From an uncultured Bacillota bacterium (GTDB lineage: Bacteria > Bacillota > DTU025 > MWDF01): a DNA stretch of 64,000 bases. Under the pieces are notes generated by a model. The model had not been told where the DNA came from and searched no databases. It was given only the letters and a program-made list of their open reading frames with translations. The stretch covers positions 32,001-96,000 of the forward strand of contig CAWGMK010000012.1 of assembly GCA_963823655.1 (NCBI GenBank), read 5' to 3'. Positions 52,045 to 63,098 of this stretch are shown piece after piece. The position numbers and the translations under genes are program-made. Position 1 is the stretch's first letter. Each line of letters begins with the position of its first letter.

Positions 52045-53623
52045 ATGAAGAGACTAATATTGGCAGCGACCCTTGTGGCCCTACTAGTGTCGGCCCTCAG
52101 CTTGACTGTCCTCGGCGCTACCCCGATAAAGGGCGGCACCCTAAGAGTCGCCGTTACGAGCATACAGGAACTGGTGCTCTACAAAACGGGCGGCAACGAC
52201 ATCAACGACGCGCTAAGCCTCATCTTCGACCACCTTTTCATAATCGGCAAGAACGACTTCAGGCCCATCCCGCACCTGGCTGAGAGCTGGGAGAACCCGG
52301 ATCCTCTTACCTGGGTGTTCCATCTCAGGAAGGGCACGATGTTCCATGACGACAACGCCGTCTTCGCCAAGGGCAAGAGCCGCGAAGTCGTAGCGGACGA
52401 CGTGGTCTATTCCGTAAACCGCATGCTCACAACGAGCGTCGCCTTCACGCTCGGCCCCGTAACCGGCGTCAAAGCGCTCGACCGTTATACCGTAGAGATT
52501 AAGACATCCACACCGCAGCCGTTCCTGGTAAACGACGCCAACAGGCTCGCCGTCTGCGCCATCATCCCCAAAGAGGCGATAGACAAGCTGGGCGAGGCCG
52601 GCTTCGCAAAGACGCCGATCGGCAGCGGCCCGTTCAAGTTCAAGAGCTTCTCGCCAGACTCGGGCGTAGTGCTTGTAAGAAACGACGCCTACTGGCTCCC
52701 CGTATACCTTGATGCGGTAGAGTTCGTAACCATACCCGATCCCACGGTGCAGACCCTTGCCCTTCAGTCGGGCGAAGTCGACGTGGTCAAGCACCTTTTC
52801 AACCTCGAAGTCGCAAAGAGCTTCGAGAACAACAAGAACTTCAACATGATGTCCAGGGGCGGCTCGTACCGCGGCCTTGGGCTTTAACGTAACCGTGGCA
52901 CCCTTCGACAACTTCGAAGTGCGCGATGCCATATCCAAGATCCTCGACATCGACGCAGCATTCAACGCTGTTATCGGAACCGCCGGCGAGCGCGCCTACG
53001 GCCAGTGCCCTCCGTGGGTGCCGCACGGCTACGACCCGACGCTCAAATCCCTCTGGAGCCGCGATGTGGCGGCCGGCCTGAAGCTTCTGGAGAAGAACGG
53101 CTTCAAGGACACCAACAACGACGGCTTCCTGGAGTGGAACGGCAAGCCCTTCAAAATCGAGATAAAGACGCTTGCAGGCTCGCAGGTTAAGGTCCTGACC
53201 ATACTTGCGACCCAGCTCAGGGCCGTCGGCATCAACACCGGCGTGCTGCAGCAGGACACCGCCGTATGGGCGGACGATCTGCTTAAAGGCAACACCACGA
53301 TGTTCTTCGACTACAGCTACGCCGGAGCTACCGGCTTCCATTCGCTCTTCCACAGCTCGATGATCACCAAGGCCAACACGCATTACTACAAGAATGCGGA
53401 AGTGGACAAGCTCCTGGAAGATGCCCTCACCAAGACCAACTTCGCAGAGCTGTCCTCACTGTGGAAGAAGGCCCAGAAGATAGTCTTCACCGAAAGAGCA
53501 GGCATACCGATGTACTTCGAGTGGAGCTACCTCATAGCCAACAAGAGAGTCAATGACATAGTGCCTCCGTGGGGCGGCTTCAACCTCGTCACCCTGGAGA
53601 ACAACGTCTGGCTGAGCAAGTAA
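52045..53623 (+). CDS. Peptide/nickel ABC substrate-binding protein (family 5), frameshift near 52880
   Basis: GGTLRVA, PHLAESWE, PIGSGPFK, LQSGEVD; second ORF FNVTVAPFDN..VRDAI. Confidence 0.88.
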
Positions 53624-53701
53624 CTAAAAGACAATTCCCGAATGCGAGAAAGCCGGCCGGACTTCTTAAAAAGCCCGGCCGGCGACAAATAGGAGCGAAA
53701 T

Positions 53702-54649
53702 GTGGGCAAGTATTTTATTAGGCGCATCCTGACCACGATACCTGTTCTATTCGGGATTACATTCATAGTGTTCGCAATGGTTTCGTTGGCTCCCGGCAGC
53801 GCGATCAGCCTTATGCTCAGCAACGAGACCGTAAACCTGGAAAACGTGGAGCTGCTGAGAAAGGAACTGGGGCTTGACCTGCCCTGGTATCAGCAGTATT
53901 TCCGCTATATGGGAAAGCTGCTGACCGGCGACATGGGCCGCTCCATACAGTACAACCGGCCCGTCAGCGAGATGATCTGGGAGAAGATCGGCAACACATT
54001 CCTGCTGGCATTCAGCGCAACGATTGTAGCGATTGCGATAGCGATACCGCTTGGCGTGCTGGCAGCGGCCAGGCGCAGGTCGGTATTCGACTACGCCGCG
54101 ACCGCGGTGGCCCTTGTCGGAGTGTCCATCCCCGGCTTCTACCTGAGCCTCATCCTAATAATCGTATTCGGCCTCAAGCTGGGCTGGTTCCCCATAAGGG
54201 GGCTGCCCTCATATGACAGGACTTTCCTTCGGATGGTAAGGTCTCTTACTCTGCCGTCGGTAACGCTAGGCTCGATGCTCGCCGGCGTGCTCACGAGGCT
54301 TACGCGAGCCTCGGTCATCGAGTCCATGTCGCAGGATTACGTAAGGACCGCGCGCTCAAAGGGCATGGGGGAGGGCAAGGTGCTCTTCAAGCATGCTCTG
54401 AGAAATGCGCTGCTGCCCGTGCTCACAACAATTGGAATGCAGTTCGGCTCGCTTTTGGGCGGCGCCGTGATCATAGAGACGATATTCTCCCTGCCGGGAC
54501 TGGGCATGCTATCGATGAACGCGGTCAAGTTCAGGGACATACCGCTAATACAGGGCACGGTGCTGGTCTTCGCTGTGAGCTTCGTAGTGGTGATGCTCAT
54601 CGTCGACATGCTGTATGTCCTTGTGGATCCGAGGATTAGATATGAGTAG
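53702..54649 (+). CDS. dppB: Peptide ABC permease (DppB/OppB-like)
   Basis: GLDLPWYQQY, QDYVRTARSKG, HALRNA, DPRIR. Confidence 0.9.
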   Translation: MGKYFIRRILTTIPVLFGITFIVFAMVSLAPGSAISLMLSNETVNLENVELLRKELGLDLPWYQQYFRYMGKLLTGDMGRSIQYNRPVSEMIWEKIGNTFLLAFSATIVAIAIAIPLGVLAAARRRSVFDYAATAVALVGVSIPGFYLSLILIIVFGLKLGWFPIRGLPSYDRTFLRMVRSLTLPSVTLGSMLAGVLTRLTRASVIESMSQDYVRTARSKGMGEGKVLFKHALRNALLPVLTTIGMQFGSLLGGAVIIETIFSLPGLGMLSMNAVKFRDIPLIQGTVLVFAVSFVVVMLIVDMLYVLVDPRIRYE

Positions 54650-55533
54650 CAGTTACGATATTTCGAAGAAGAACTGGAGCTCGAGCCAGAAATACAGGTC
54701 GCTCAAGTCTTTCTCAAGGCACAAGCTGGGAGTACTCGGCGTTATCATGCTGCTGGTATTCTTCCTTACGGCGATATTCGCACCGGTCGTAATCCCCAAC
54801 GACCCCTATACGATGAAGCTGGAGGAGCCATTCCTGCCCATGGGAAGCCAGTATCATCCGCTGGGCACGGACAACTTCGGCAGGGACATACTCGCAAGGC
54901 TGGTCTACGGCGCAAGGATATCGCTGCTGATCGGTATTGTCGTCGTCTCCCTGGCTGCGGTATTGGGCACGGTGCTCGGGCTTCTTGCCGGCTATTACGG
55001 GGGCTGGGTGGACTTCGCCGTTATGAGGCTGGTCGAAGTCTTCTATTCATTCCCTTTCCTTATCCTTGTAATCGCGGTAATCGCAATTCTTGGGCCCCAG
55101 CATATTCAATGTGATGTGGGTGCTTGGCGTAGTAAGCTGGCCTTCATATGCAAGGATCGTCAGGGCCCAGGTGCTATCCCTCAAATCATCGGAGTTCGTA
55201 TCGGCCGCAAGGGCGACCGGCTGCACCGATGCGAGGATTATATTCAAGCACATACTCCCGAATACCATGACGCCCATAATCGTGCAGGCTACGCTGGGCA
55301 TCCCGGGCGCCATACTCTCATCCGCGAGCCTGGGCTTTCTGGGCTTCGGCGTTCAGCCGCCGACTCCCGAATGGGGCTCGATGGTCAATGAGGGCAAGGA
55401 CTTCATACTCATAAACTCCAATCTCATCATATGGCCCGGCCTTTGCATATTCCTCGTGGTGCTGAGCTTCAACTTCATTGGGGATGCGCTGAGGGACATG
55501 CTCGATCCGAGGCTGTCGAGGGAACTGAAATAG
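54642..55533 (+). CDS. dppC: Peptide ABC permease (DppC/OppC-like), frameshift near 55095
   Basis: HPLGTDNFGRDILARLVYGARISL; HILPN; PPTPEWGSM; GDALRD.LDPR. Confidence 0.88.
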
Positions 55534-55541
55534 GAGGAGGG

Positions 55542-56897
55542 ATGGACATGACAATAGACGAGAGGCTGGCAAGAGTGCCGGACTTCAAGCTCTTCTACGG
55601 GGTGGACGAGCTTTACGGGCACGCAGTAAGGACCGCTGAGGCAAACCCGGCGGTGTGCAAGCTGCAGTATGTGGGGCAATCGAAGGCAGGAGAGCCCATA
55701 CCCATGGTTAGCGTGGGCGACGGGCCGGTATCGGTGCTGCTTTTCGCCTCCCCCCATCCGAACGAGCCGATAGGCGCCATGATGGCATACTTCCTCCTAG
55801 ATGAGCTTATAGCGGACCCATCCTTAAGGAAGGGCCGCACCTTCCATATAATCCCCTGCATCGACCCCGATGGCACAAGGCTGAACGAAGGTTGGTTTGC
55901 GGGGCCCTACACCATTAAGAACTACGCGAAGCACTTCTACAGGCCAAAGGGCGACAACCAGGCCGAATGGAGCTTCCCGATAGAGTACAAGACTTTCAAG
56001 TTCGACAGGCCCATACCCGAGACCAAGGCTCTTATGAAGGCGATAACCGAGACAAAGCCCGATGTGATGTATTCGCTTCACAACTCCGGCTTCGGTGGCG
56101 CCTACTACTACATCTCCTATCCTCTGGAGGCGGCATACGAGACATTCCACAGGCTGCCGCTCGAAAGGAACCTGGCGCTCAACCTGGGAGAGCCCGAAGT
56201 CCCCTACTGCCAGAGTTTCGCGCCCGCCATTTACAGGACGAACCTTGTGACAGACGCTTATGACTACTATGAGAAGTTCGGCAAGGGGGATCCTGCGACC
56301 TACATGTTCGGAGGCGCGTCCAGCAGGGACTTCGCGGACACCATATGCAAGCCTTTCACCCTCGTGACCGAGGTGCCCTATTTCAAGTCGCCAAAGACGG
56401 GAGACCTTACGAAGCTCTCCGTAAGCAGGAGGGAAACAATACTCAAGGGCGTTGAGAAGTCGCGCAAGATGCTCACATTCATCCAGTCCGTCATCGACGA
56501 TACTGTGGGCGAGCTCACTGAGGGGCCGATACTAAGAGACGCAGTAGTGCAGTTCACGAAGTCGCTCTTCAAAGCGCTCGACGGCGAGGAGAAATGGGCG
56601 AAGGAGACCGAGGGGATGGACGAGCCGGCTACCGTGGCGCAGGAGGCAGACTCCCTTTACATCAGCGTGTTCTACAAGATGCTCATAGTCTCCATGTACA
56701 GAAGGTCGCTGAAGATGCAGATGGACAAGGGCGGCTCAAAGAAGATCGCCGATGCCTACCATAAGCTCAATGCCGCAATCGACGGCTGGGCGGAGGAGAT
56801 AGAGCAGGCTCTGGACTACGGAGTCGTTAAAATCCGCGACCTCGTGCAGATACAGTACGGGGCGCTTCTGGCGGTGCTCGACGCCCTGAAGAAGTAG
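55542..56897 (+). CDS. M14-family zinc carboxypeptidase
   Basis: PHPNEP (HxxE), IPCIDPDG, SLHN. Confidence 0.88.
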   Translation: MDMTIDERLARVPDFKLFYGVDELYGHAVRTAEANPAVCKLQYVGQSKAGEPIPMVSVGDGPVSVLLFASPHPNEPIGAMMAYFLLDELIADPSLRKGRTFHIIPCIDPDGTRLNEGWFAGPYTIKNYAKHFYRPKGDNQAEWSFPIEYKTFKFDRPIPETKALMKAITETKPDVMYSLHNSGFGGAYYYISYPLEAAYETFHRLPLERNLALNLGEPEVPYCQSFAPAIYRTNLVTDAYDYYEKFGKGDPATYMFGGASSRDFADTICKPFTLVTEVPYFKSPKTGDLTKLSVSRRETILKGVEKSRKMLTFIQSVIDDTVGELTEGPILRDAVVQFTKSLFKALDGEEKWAKETEGMDEPATVAQEADSLYISVFYKMLIVSMYRRSLKMQMDKGGSKKIADAYHKLNAAIDGWAEEIEQALDYGVVKIRDLVQIQYGALLAVLDALKK

Positions 56898-56981
56898 AGG
56901 GCAGCGGCCGACCGGGCGATATGAGTTTGACTGTCGGGCGATATTAATGAAGGATAGGCTTTGAGATTGAAGCACAGTACG

Positions 56982-57021
56982 GAAGCGCCGGCACCGCCAT
57001 AGAGGGGCGAGCCGGCGCTTC
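56982..57021. terminator. Bidirectional terminator hairpin
   Basis: GAAGCGCCGGC…GCCGGCGCTTC. Confidence 0.65.
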
Positions 57022-57059
57022 TTCAATGCAAAGCCTTTACTTGCTCCAGTTTGCTGATG

Positions 57060-58271
57060 TCAGCTTGCCAGGGCGTCCTTGCAGGCGGCATCCTTCTTGC
57101 CCTTCCTGTAGAAGATGATGAGAAGGACCGCCGCGGTGAATGCCATGGCCGAGCCGAAGTAGAACGGGGCCCTGTTGTTGATCCTGTCATATAGAAGGCC
57201 TGCTATAAGGCTTGCGGGAAGCAGGGTTATACCAACCAGGAAGCTGTAGATGCCAAGGCCCGTGCCCTTGACCTTCTTGCAGATGAGGTCGGAGACAAGC
57301 GCCTTCTGAACCCCGTCGGTGGCCGCGCTGTACAGCCCGTAGAGGGCGAACAGGAACACTACTGAGCCCGGGCTTCCCGTCCTTCCGAAGAAGAAGTAGA
57401 TGATCGAATACAGCAGATAGCCGAATATGATGAGCCTTTCGCGGCCGATCTTGTCGGACAGCATCCCCATGGGGACCGCGAAGAGCACGGATACCGAGTT
57501 GAATATCATGTACATGATGGGAATGAAGGCATCGGCTATGCCAACATCGCTCGCCTTCACCAGAAGCAGTGCGTCCGTTGAGTTGCCGAGGGTGAATATG
57601 AAGACTATGGCGAGGAAGAAGTAGTACTTCGCGGGGAAGTCCCTGAAGGAGAGCTTGCCTAAAAGCTCCTCCTTGCACTTCTTGGCTTCCTTCACGAAGA
57701 GGATGAGCGACAATAGGCCGAAAACTGCAGGAAGCCCTGCTATCAGGAATACCTTGCGGTACTGGCCCGGGAACATAGCCAGGACTGCGAAAGCGAGCAA
57801 CGGGCCGATTATCGCGCCGCTGTTGTCCATAGCCTTGTGGAAGCCGAAGTTCTTGCCCTTGGAGCAGTCCTCGGAGGAGCCTGCCACCAGGCTGTCCCTG
57901 GGCGCCGTCCTTATGCCCTTGCCGACCCTTTCCGTGAACCTTATCAGAAGCACCTGGAACGGGGAGGTGACTGCTGCGAAAAGCGGGGAGAGCACCGTCG
58001 TGAAGGCGTATCCTACCACCATGAACGGCTTGTTGCGGCCGATCTTGTCGCTCCACCAGCCGGACAGCGCCTTCAGCACGGATGCCGTGCTCTCGGCTAT
58101 GCCTTCGATGAGGGAAAGCTCGGTCTTGCTCGCCCCCAGCGTCATAAGGAAGAGCGGCATGATGGAATAGATCATCTTGCCTGTGGTATCGGTGAAGAAG
58201 CTTGTTAGGCCGACGAAGAAGATGTTCCTCTGTATGCCCAGGATCTTGTCGCCCTTGCCCTTTTCAGCCAT
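57060..58271 (-). CDS. MFS transporter
   Basis: GWWSDKIGRNK, ERVGKGIRTAPRD, GMLSDKIGRE. Confidence 0.92.
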   Translation of the reverse strand: MAEKGKGDKILGIQRNIFFVGLTSFFTDTTGKMIYSIMPLFLMTLGASKTELSLIEGIAESTASVLKALSGWWSDKIGRNKPFMVVGYAFTTVLSPLFAAVTSPFQVLLIRFTERVGKGIRTAPRDSLVAGSSEDCSKGKNFGFHKAMDNSGAIIGPLLAFAVLAMFPGQYRKVFLIAGLPAVFGLLSLILFVKEAKKCKEELLGKLSFRDFPAKYYFFLAIVFIFTLGNSTDALLLVKASDVGIADAFIPIMYMIFNSVSVLFAVPMGMLSDKIGRERLIIFGYLLYSIIYFFFGRTGSPGSVVFLFALYGLYSAATDGVQKALVSDLICKKVKGTGLGIYSFLVGITLLPASLIAGLLYDRINNRAPFYFGSAMAFTAAVLLIIFYRKGKKDAACKDALAS

Positions 58272-58410
58272 TGTGAAGCCTCGACTATCCTAGAATTTGT
58301 GCCTTATAAGATTGAGTATAGCCGAAAATTGGCCTCGATTATCAGGCCGTGTTTCGCATGGAAAAGGCGGGGCAAACAAAATGCCCCGCCAGTTATAGGA
58401 AAAGGTCGTC

Positions 58411-58913
58411 CTACCAGGAATCCGGGTAGTCAGACACGAAGGGCAGGTCTGTAACGCGAACCCAGTACAGGACATCAAAATTCGGCTTCATGATCTATGA
58501 AGACCGCTATCTGTCAGGTTCATGTCGGACGGGATCATCACGAAGATCGAGCCTTCATTAGTAGCCTTGCTGCCCACTACATATTCCATGTCGTCGAATA
58601 TGTCGAAGGCGCTCTGGTTGTAGTAGTTCGTATACCTTGCCAAAGGAGAGGTCTCGTCGTACACGGCGAAAATCAAGTCCTCCCTGATATCGGATTCGAG
58701 CAGGCCGTTGTTGGTCAGCGACACATCGAATATCAGGAATGTGAACTCATCTGCTGCCATCACGACTGCGCTATCCAAATCGTTCGCGTCGAACAAGAGA
58801 CTTGACTGCGCACTCCTGCTGACCACAATGGTCCATTTCGGAAGACAGCCGCTTGTGAGCATTAGGGCTGCGATGATTAGCAATACCGCTGCAATTGTCC
58901 CTAGCTTCTTCAA
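58411..58913 (-). CDS. Lipoprotein, possibly DUF4352-like (3' frameshifts)
   Basis: TSGC lipobox; FLIFDVSLTNNG; EGSIFVMIP. Confidence 0.55.
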
Positions 58914-59107
58914 CTTGGCCCTCCTTCCGGCGCGCCTATTCGTAAAGGCACACCGAGCTAAAATAGCCTCTAATGATTTGAATTATACGGGAGGATGGGA
59001 GGATTTGTTCCAGTCATGCAGCAAATTTATGTGAGCTGGGTCCAGGGTGGGGTTGGACAAATATCGAGTATAATTCGTTATGTGATATGAGATTTCGCGG
59101 AGGGACA

Positions 59108-60272
59108 ATGGAAGAGGAAAGAAAAGGCCTGGCGCAGCGGCATGGAAGCCGGCGGGCGCGGGGAATGGGCAACAAACGAATAACGGGGGAGAGACCCCAG
59201 GAGGCGGAGGAAGAATACCGCCCGCAAGCCAATAGGCAGGTGGATACTCCTGTCCTTATTGCTTTTGGCCCTGCTGTCGTTCGTCTATGTATATTTCATT
59301 CTCCCCGGCTCGCTTCCATGGAACGACTCAGACCCCGACAGATGGTACGGAGATTCGCTGGAATACCTGGACGCGGGCTTCGGCCTTAGCATGGGAAACC
59401 TCGGGCAGCTTGGCGAATACCGCGACCTTGGCCTTCCCTCATGGGGGGACGACGACGTCTTCGCCGTCCTTATAATGGGCTTCGATTACGACTACCCGGG
59501 CACAATCAGGCAGGGTGGCGGTGTGCCTGGCAGGACGGACGCGATAATGCTACTGGTAGTTCCCAAGGATCAGAATGCGGCAACTTTGGTCTCCATACCC
59601 AGGGACACCCTGGTGCCTCTCGACAGCTATGGCACAGAAGAGAGGATAAACGCGGTTTACAGGGGAATTTCGCTTCAGGGTACGATAAACGCGGTGACTT
59701 TCCTTACAGGGGTCGAGGCCGACAAGTGGGTGAGCCTCGATTTCAACGGCTTCGTACAGATGATGGACAGGCTGGGCGGCGTGGATATCGAAGTAGAGGA
59801 CCACATGACGATATGGGACGATCTTAACGGCCGTTGGGTGTACATCGAGAAGGGGCCACAGCATCTGGACGGGCACATGGCCCTGCTGTATGTAAGGTTC
59901 AGGGGCGATCAGATGGGCGACATCAGCCGCAACTCAAGGCAGCTGCGCTTCATAAAGGCGCTGGCCGGCAAGGCCGTACAGTGGAACACGGTCGGCGAGA
60001 TAGGCGGCATAATTTCCGACCTGCAGGAGAACGTCAAGACGGACATGAGCTACAATGAGGTCCTTGCGCTTGGGATGAGGCTTCTTAAGATCGGCACTTC
60101 GCGCCTGGATGGGTTCAGCATACCGGGCGTCTTCGAGGGGCCCTACTGGAGGGCCGACCTCGCCGCCACAAGGAAGCTCATGGAAAGGGCGATAACTGGG
60201 GCCCCTCTGGTCGAAGAGCCGGTTGAAGAGATTGTCGAACCGGAAGAAACCGAGCCTGTGCCGGAGCCCTGA
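59108..60272 (+). CDS. LCP (LytR-CpsA-Psr) family protein, frameshift near 59250
   Basis: GRTDAIML, VSIPRDT, RINAVY, LGGVDI, YVRFR, GDISRNSRQ. Confidence 0.92.
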
Positions 60273-60323
60273 TAAATAGGCAAATTACAAGAATTGAGGA
60301 TGCCGGGAAGGCATCCTCTTGCT

Positions 60324-61069
60324 TTACTTGGAGAGCTCTTTATCTACATAGACTTTCATGGCTTCGCTCATGAACTGCGCAAGCCCCGGCTTTATCTTCT
60401 CGAAGGAATTTGTGAACCTTATATCCTGAATGTACAAGTCCGCCAGGCCGCGATATATGTCGAGAGTGCATTCGTAGAACCATTTAGTGATGTGGCCGCG
60501 ATGCAAGGCGATGAGCTTCGTTACCTCCGGATGGGACGGGCCTTTGTCCATATTGGCGACGATAGCAAGCATTATTCCCTTGCTCTCCTCTTTCATGGCC
60601 TCCCAGTCGCGCTTGGTGTACTTTGAAGTCTTCCTCTCGCTCTCCTCATATTTCGCGCCGTACTTCGCCCTGGCTTCCTCCTTGTATTCGTCGGGATCGA
60701 AGCCGTCGAAAAGCTCCTTCAACTCCATCTTCCTTCCCCTCCTTATAGCATCAAGGCTCCTGTCTACGAGCCCTAATAGGCCTTCTATATGGTCTTTCTT
60801 CTGAAGCAGCATCTGCTTGTGGTTTTCTAAAGCCAAGCTCCCTGTCCTGACCTAGCGTCGCGGATTGCAGCCGCGATCTCATCGAGGCCTAAGCCCAGTT
60901 CCTTGAGAAGCATTATCTGCTGCAGCCTCTCCAGGTCGGCATCCTCATAAAGGCGGTAACCGGACTCGGTCCGGAGCTTGGGCGAAAGCAGGCCGATGCT
61001 GTCGTAATGGTGCAAGGTCCTTATAGTAATGCCGGCGAGCTCCGACACTTGGCTTACCGTGTATGTCAT
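60324..61069 (-). CDS. MerR-family regulator with TipAS domain (TipA/Mta-like), frameshift near 60835
   Basis: TIRTLHHYDSIGLL.P…GYRLY; C-terminal GLADLYIQDIRF…PGLAQF. Confidence 0.9.
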
Positions 61070-61087
61070 TCTGCTACCTCCGAGACA

Positions 61088-61118
61088 AGGATAAGCTATG
61101 ACGTAACGTAAGAGTCAA
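61088..61118 (-). promoter_or_regulatory. MerR-type autoregulated promoter with 19-bp spacer
   Basis: Minus strand TTGACT-CTTACGTTACGTCATAGCT-TATCCT; ACGT-T-ACGT dyad as in Mta/TipA operators. Confidence 0.85.
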
Positions 61119-61190
61119 TATCAATATTATAGCGTTCTATTCCGATTTATAGTGATTCCATTGGGAAGTCGGTGAATTATGTAGGTATCT

Positions 61191-61240
61191 GTAAAAGTAT
61201 ATTAAATTACTGCGAAATAGGTAAAAGTATATAAAATTAC
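61191..61240. repeat. 20-bp direct repeat, 30-bp period, in an AT-rich tract
   Basis: GTAAAAGTATATWAAATTAC at 61191 and 61221. Confidence 0.75.
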
Positions 61241-61555
61241 GGCAAAAATAACGAATGTATACGATTTTATTTGGCCAGAACTCTTCCATCTATCCGTCAG
61301 GAGTAACGCGAAGTAACAAAATCCGTTTTCTTGTTTATTACACGTAACCTCTTTAGCAGTTGGCTTAAAAGATCTTCTTGATAATCCTGGTATGGGCAGT
61401 TTTGCGTTTGCTTGTCGAGAAGCTAAATCGAATCATACGTGAGTGCAGAAAAGCAGAACTTGTATTCTTTGAAGGCCAATAACCAGCAGAAGAAGCTTTG
61501 GCGTCACCAGAAGAAAGAATTCACATGCCCTCTCAACACAACTTGCATATCGTCT

Positions 61556-61780
61556 AAGTAAAGCTGTGCTTGACTATGACATCTCGACCTCATCCGGTTG
61601 CAACAGATTGATCAACACTCTGCAAGTAAAGTTGGGCTTGACTCGTAGGGGAAGTAAAGCTGCGCTTGCCAACAACATCTCAGCCTCATCAGGCAGCAGC
61701 AGAATGGTCGGCACTCTGCAAGTAAAGATGGGCTTGACTCATAGGCGAAGTAAAGCTGCGCTTGACTACAACATCTCAAC
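61556..61780. repeat. 96-bp tandem array, left part (2 full units + 33 bp)
   Basis: Unit starts at 61556, 61652 and 61748. Confidence 0.92.
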
Positions 61781-61910
61781 TGACCGGCCCCCAGATTTAG
61801 GTCCAATCCTAGCTTTAGTTTTCAATGACCCCCAGTACCAGTCTGAATGTTAGTTTTCGACTTTGATAATGGTTAACCTTCCGACCTCAAATGAATTCAC
61901 CAAAAGACGA

Positions 61911-62750
61911 TCAGGCATAAGCGGGAATGAGGGTCTGAGGCGCCGGCGGCCTGCCTCCTAAGCTGCTATGAGGCCGTACCCTGTTATAGTAGTCTTTCCA
62001 TCTAAGTGAAAGCACTTTTGCTTCATACAGGCTCCCGAACTGCTCCTCATTCAGAAACTCCTGCCGCATCCTGGCATTGAAACTTTCGCAGTACCCATTC
62101 TCCCATGGGCTGCCTGGCTCTATGTATGTCGTTATGACGCCAATATCGGCCAACCATTCCCTTAGCACTTTAGCGGTGAACTCGCTTCCATTATCGCTTC
62201 TAATGTATTCCGGACATCCTCTTACGACCATCAGATCCGACAGGACTTCTATGACATCTTCGTGCTTCCAGCTTCTCTTAGGTATACAGGCCAGGCATTC
62301 GCGTTCAGCCTCGTCTATTATGTTCAGAAAGCGGATCCTGCGCCCATCTGTAGTCCTGTCCTCCACAAAATCATAGCTCCACACATGGTTTCTGTGTTCC
62401 GGGCGAAGTCTGATGCAACTGCCGTCCGTAAGCCAAAGCCTTCTTTTCTTGTTTTGTTTCCTGGGCAGCTTCAGCCCTTCTTCCCTCCAGATACGCTCCA
62501 CTCTCTTGTGGTTTACCTTATTGCCTTCATTCCTGAGGATGTGCGTCACCATCCTGTATCCAACTCGCCCGAAGTTGCAGGCCAACTCTATGATGCGGGT
62601 CCTTAAGAAATCTTCATCCGGACGTTTCACAGCCTCGTAACGGAAGGCAGTCCTGCTGACATGCAACACCCGACAAGCCCGTCTTTCCGTCATGCTATGC
62701 TCATTGGTGACGTATTCGACAGCCGCCTTGCGCTTTGCCGGGCTCAGAAG
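61911..62750 (-). CDS. IS3 transposase OrfB (DDE), -1 frame
   Basis: WSYDF, IRSDNGSEF, PGSPWENGYCESFN, RPHSSLG. Confidence 0.93.
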   Translation of the reverse strand, partial: LLSPAKRKAAVEYVTNEHSMTERRACRVLHVSRTAFRYEAVKRPDEDFLRTRIIELACNFGRVGYRMVTHILRNEGNKVNHKRVERIWREEGLKLPRKQNKKRRLWLTDGSCIRLRPEHRNHVWSYDFVEDRTTDGRRIRFLNIIDEAERECLACIPKRSWKHEDVIEVLSDLMVVRGCPEYIRSDNGSEFTAKVLREWLADIGVITTYIEPGSPWENGYCESFNARMRQEFLNEEQFGSLYEAKVLSLRWKDYYNRVRPHSSLGGRPPAPQTLIPAYA

Positions 62751-63022
62751 TTTTTTGAGTTCACATCCCTCAATACCGCATTATCAAGACTTAGCTCAGC
62801 TACAAGTGTCTTGAGCCTGGCATTTTCCTTCTCAAGCTCTTTCAGCCTTTTGGCTTCGGATACATTCATTCCGCCATACTTGCTGCGCCATTTGTAGTAT
62901 GTTTGCTCCGATATCTCTGCTTGACGTACTGCTTCTGCCACTGTTTTGCCCTGATTGCACAGAATTTCGATGCTTCTGAGCTTTACGATTATCTGCTCTG
63001 GCGTGTAGTTCTGCTTACCCAT
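62744..63022 (-). CDS. IS3 transposase OrfA
   Basis: HTH: ISEQTYYKWRSKYGGM…RLKELEKENARLK. Confidence 0.92.
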   Translation of the reverse strand: MGKQNYTPEQIIVKLRSIEILCNQGKTVAEAVRQAEISEQTYYKWRSKYGGMNVSEAKRLKELEKENARLKTLVAELSLDNAVLRDVNSKNF

Positions 63023-63098
63023 TTCTACTACCTCCCCACTAGATTTTACCTTGGTTTTCCCTAACCTCTTCCTGGTATTAATCTAGGGGGTCATATCA

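Larger units (their letters stand above)
61781..63098 (-). mobile_element. IS3-family element (IS407 group), 1318 bp
   Basis: Ends TGACCGGCCCCCAGATT… and …AATCTAGGGGGTCATATCA; orfA/orfB with A6C slippery site at 62756-62750. Confidence 0.93.

Noticed and set aside
12737-58208. Long antisense or alternate-frame ORFs (e.g. 12737-13633, 14246-15094, 17819-18646, 33637-34593, 57187-58056)
   Set aside because: Shadows of well-supported genes caused by codon bias; no motifs or RBS.
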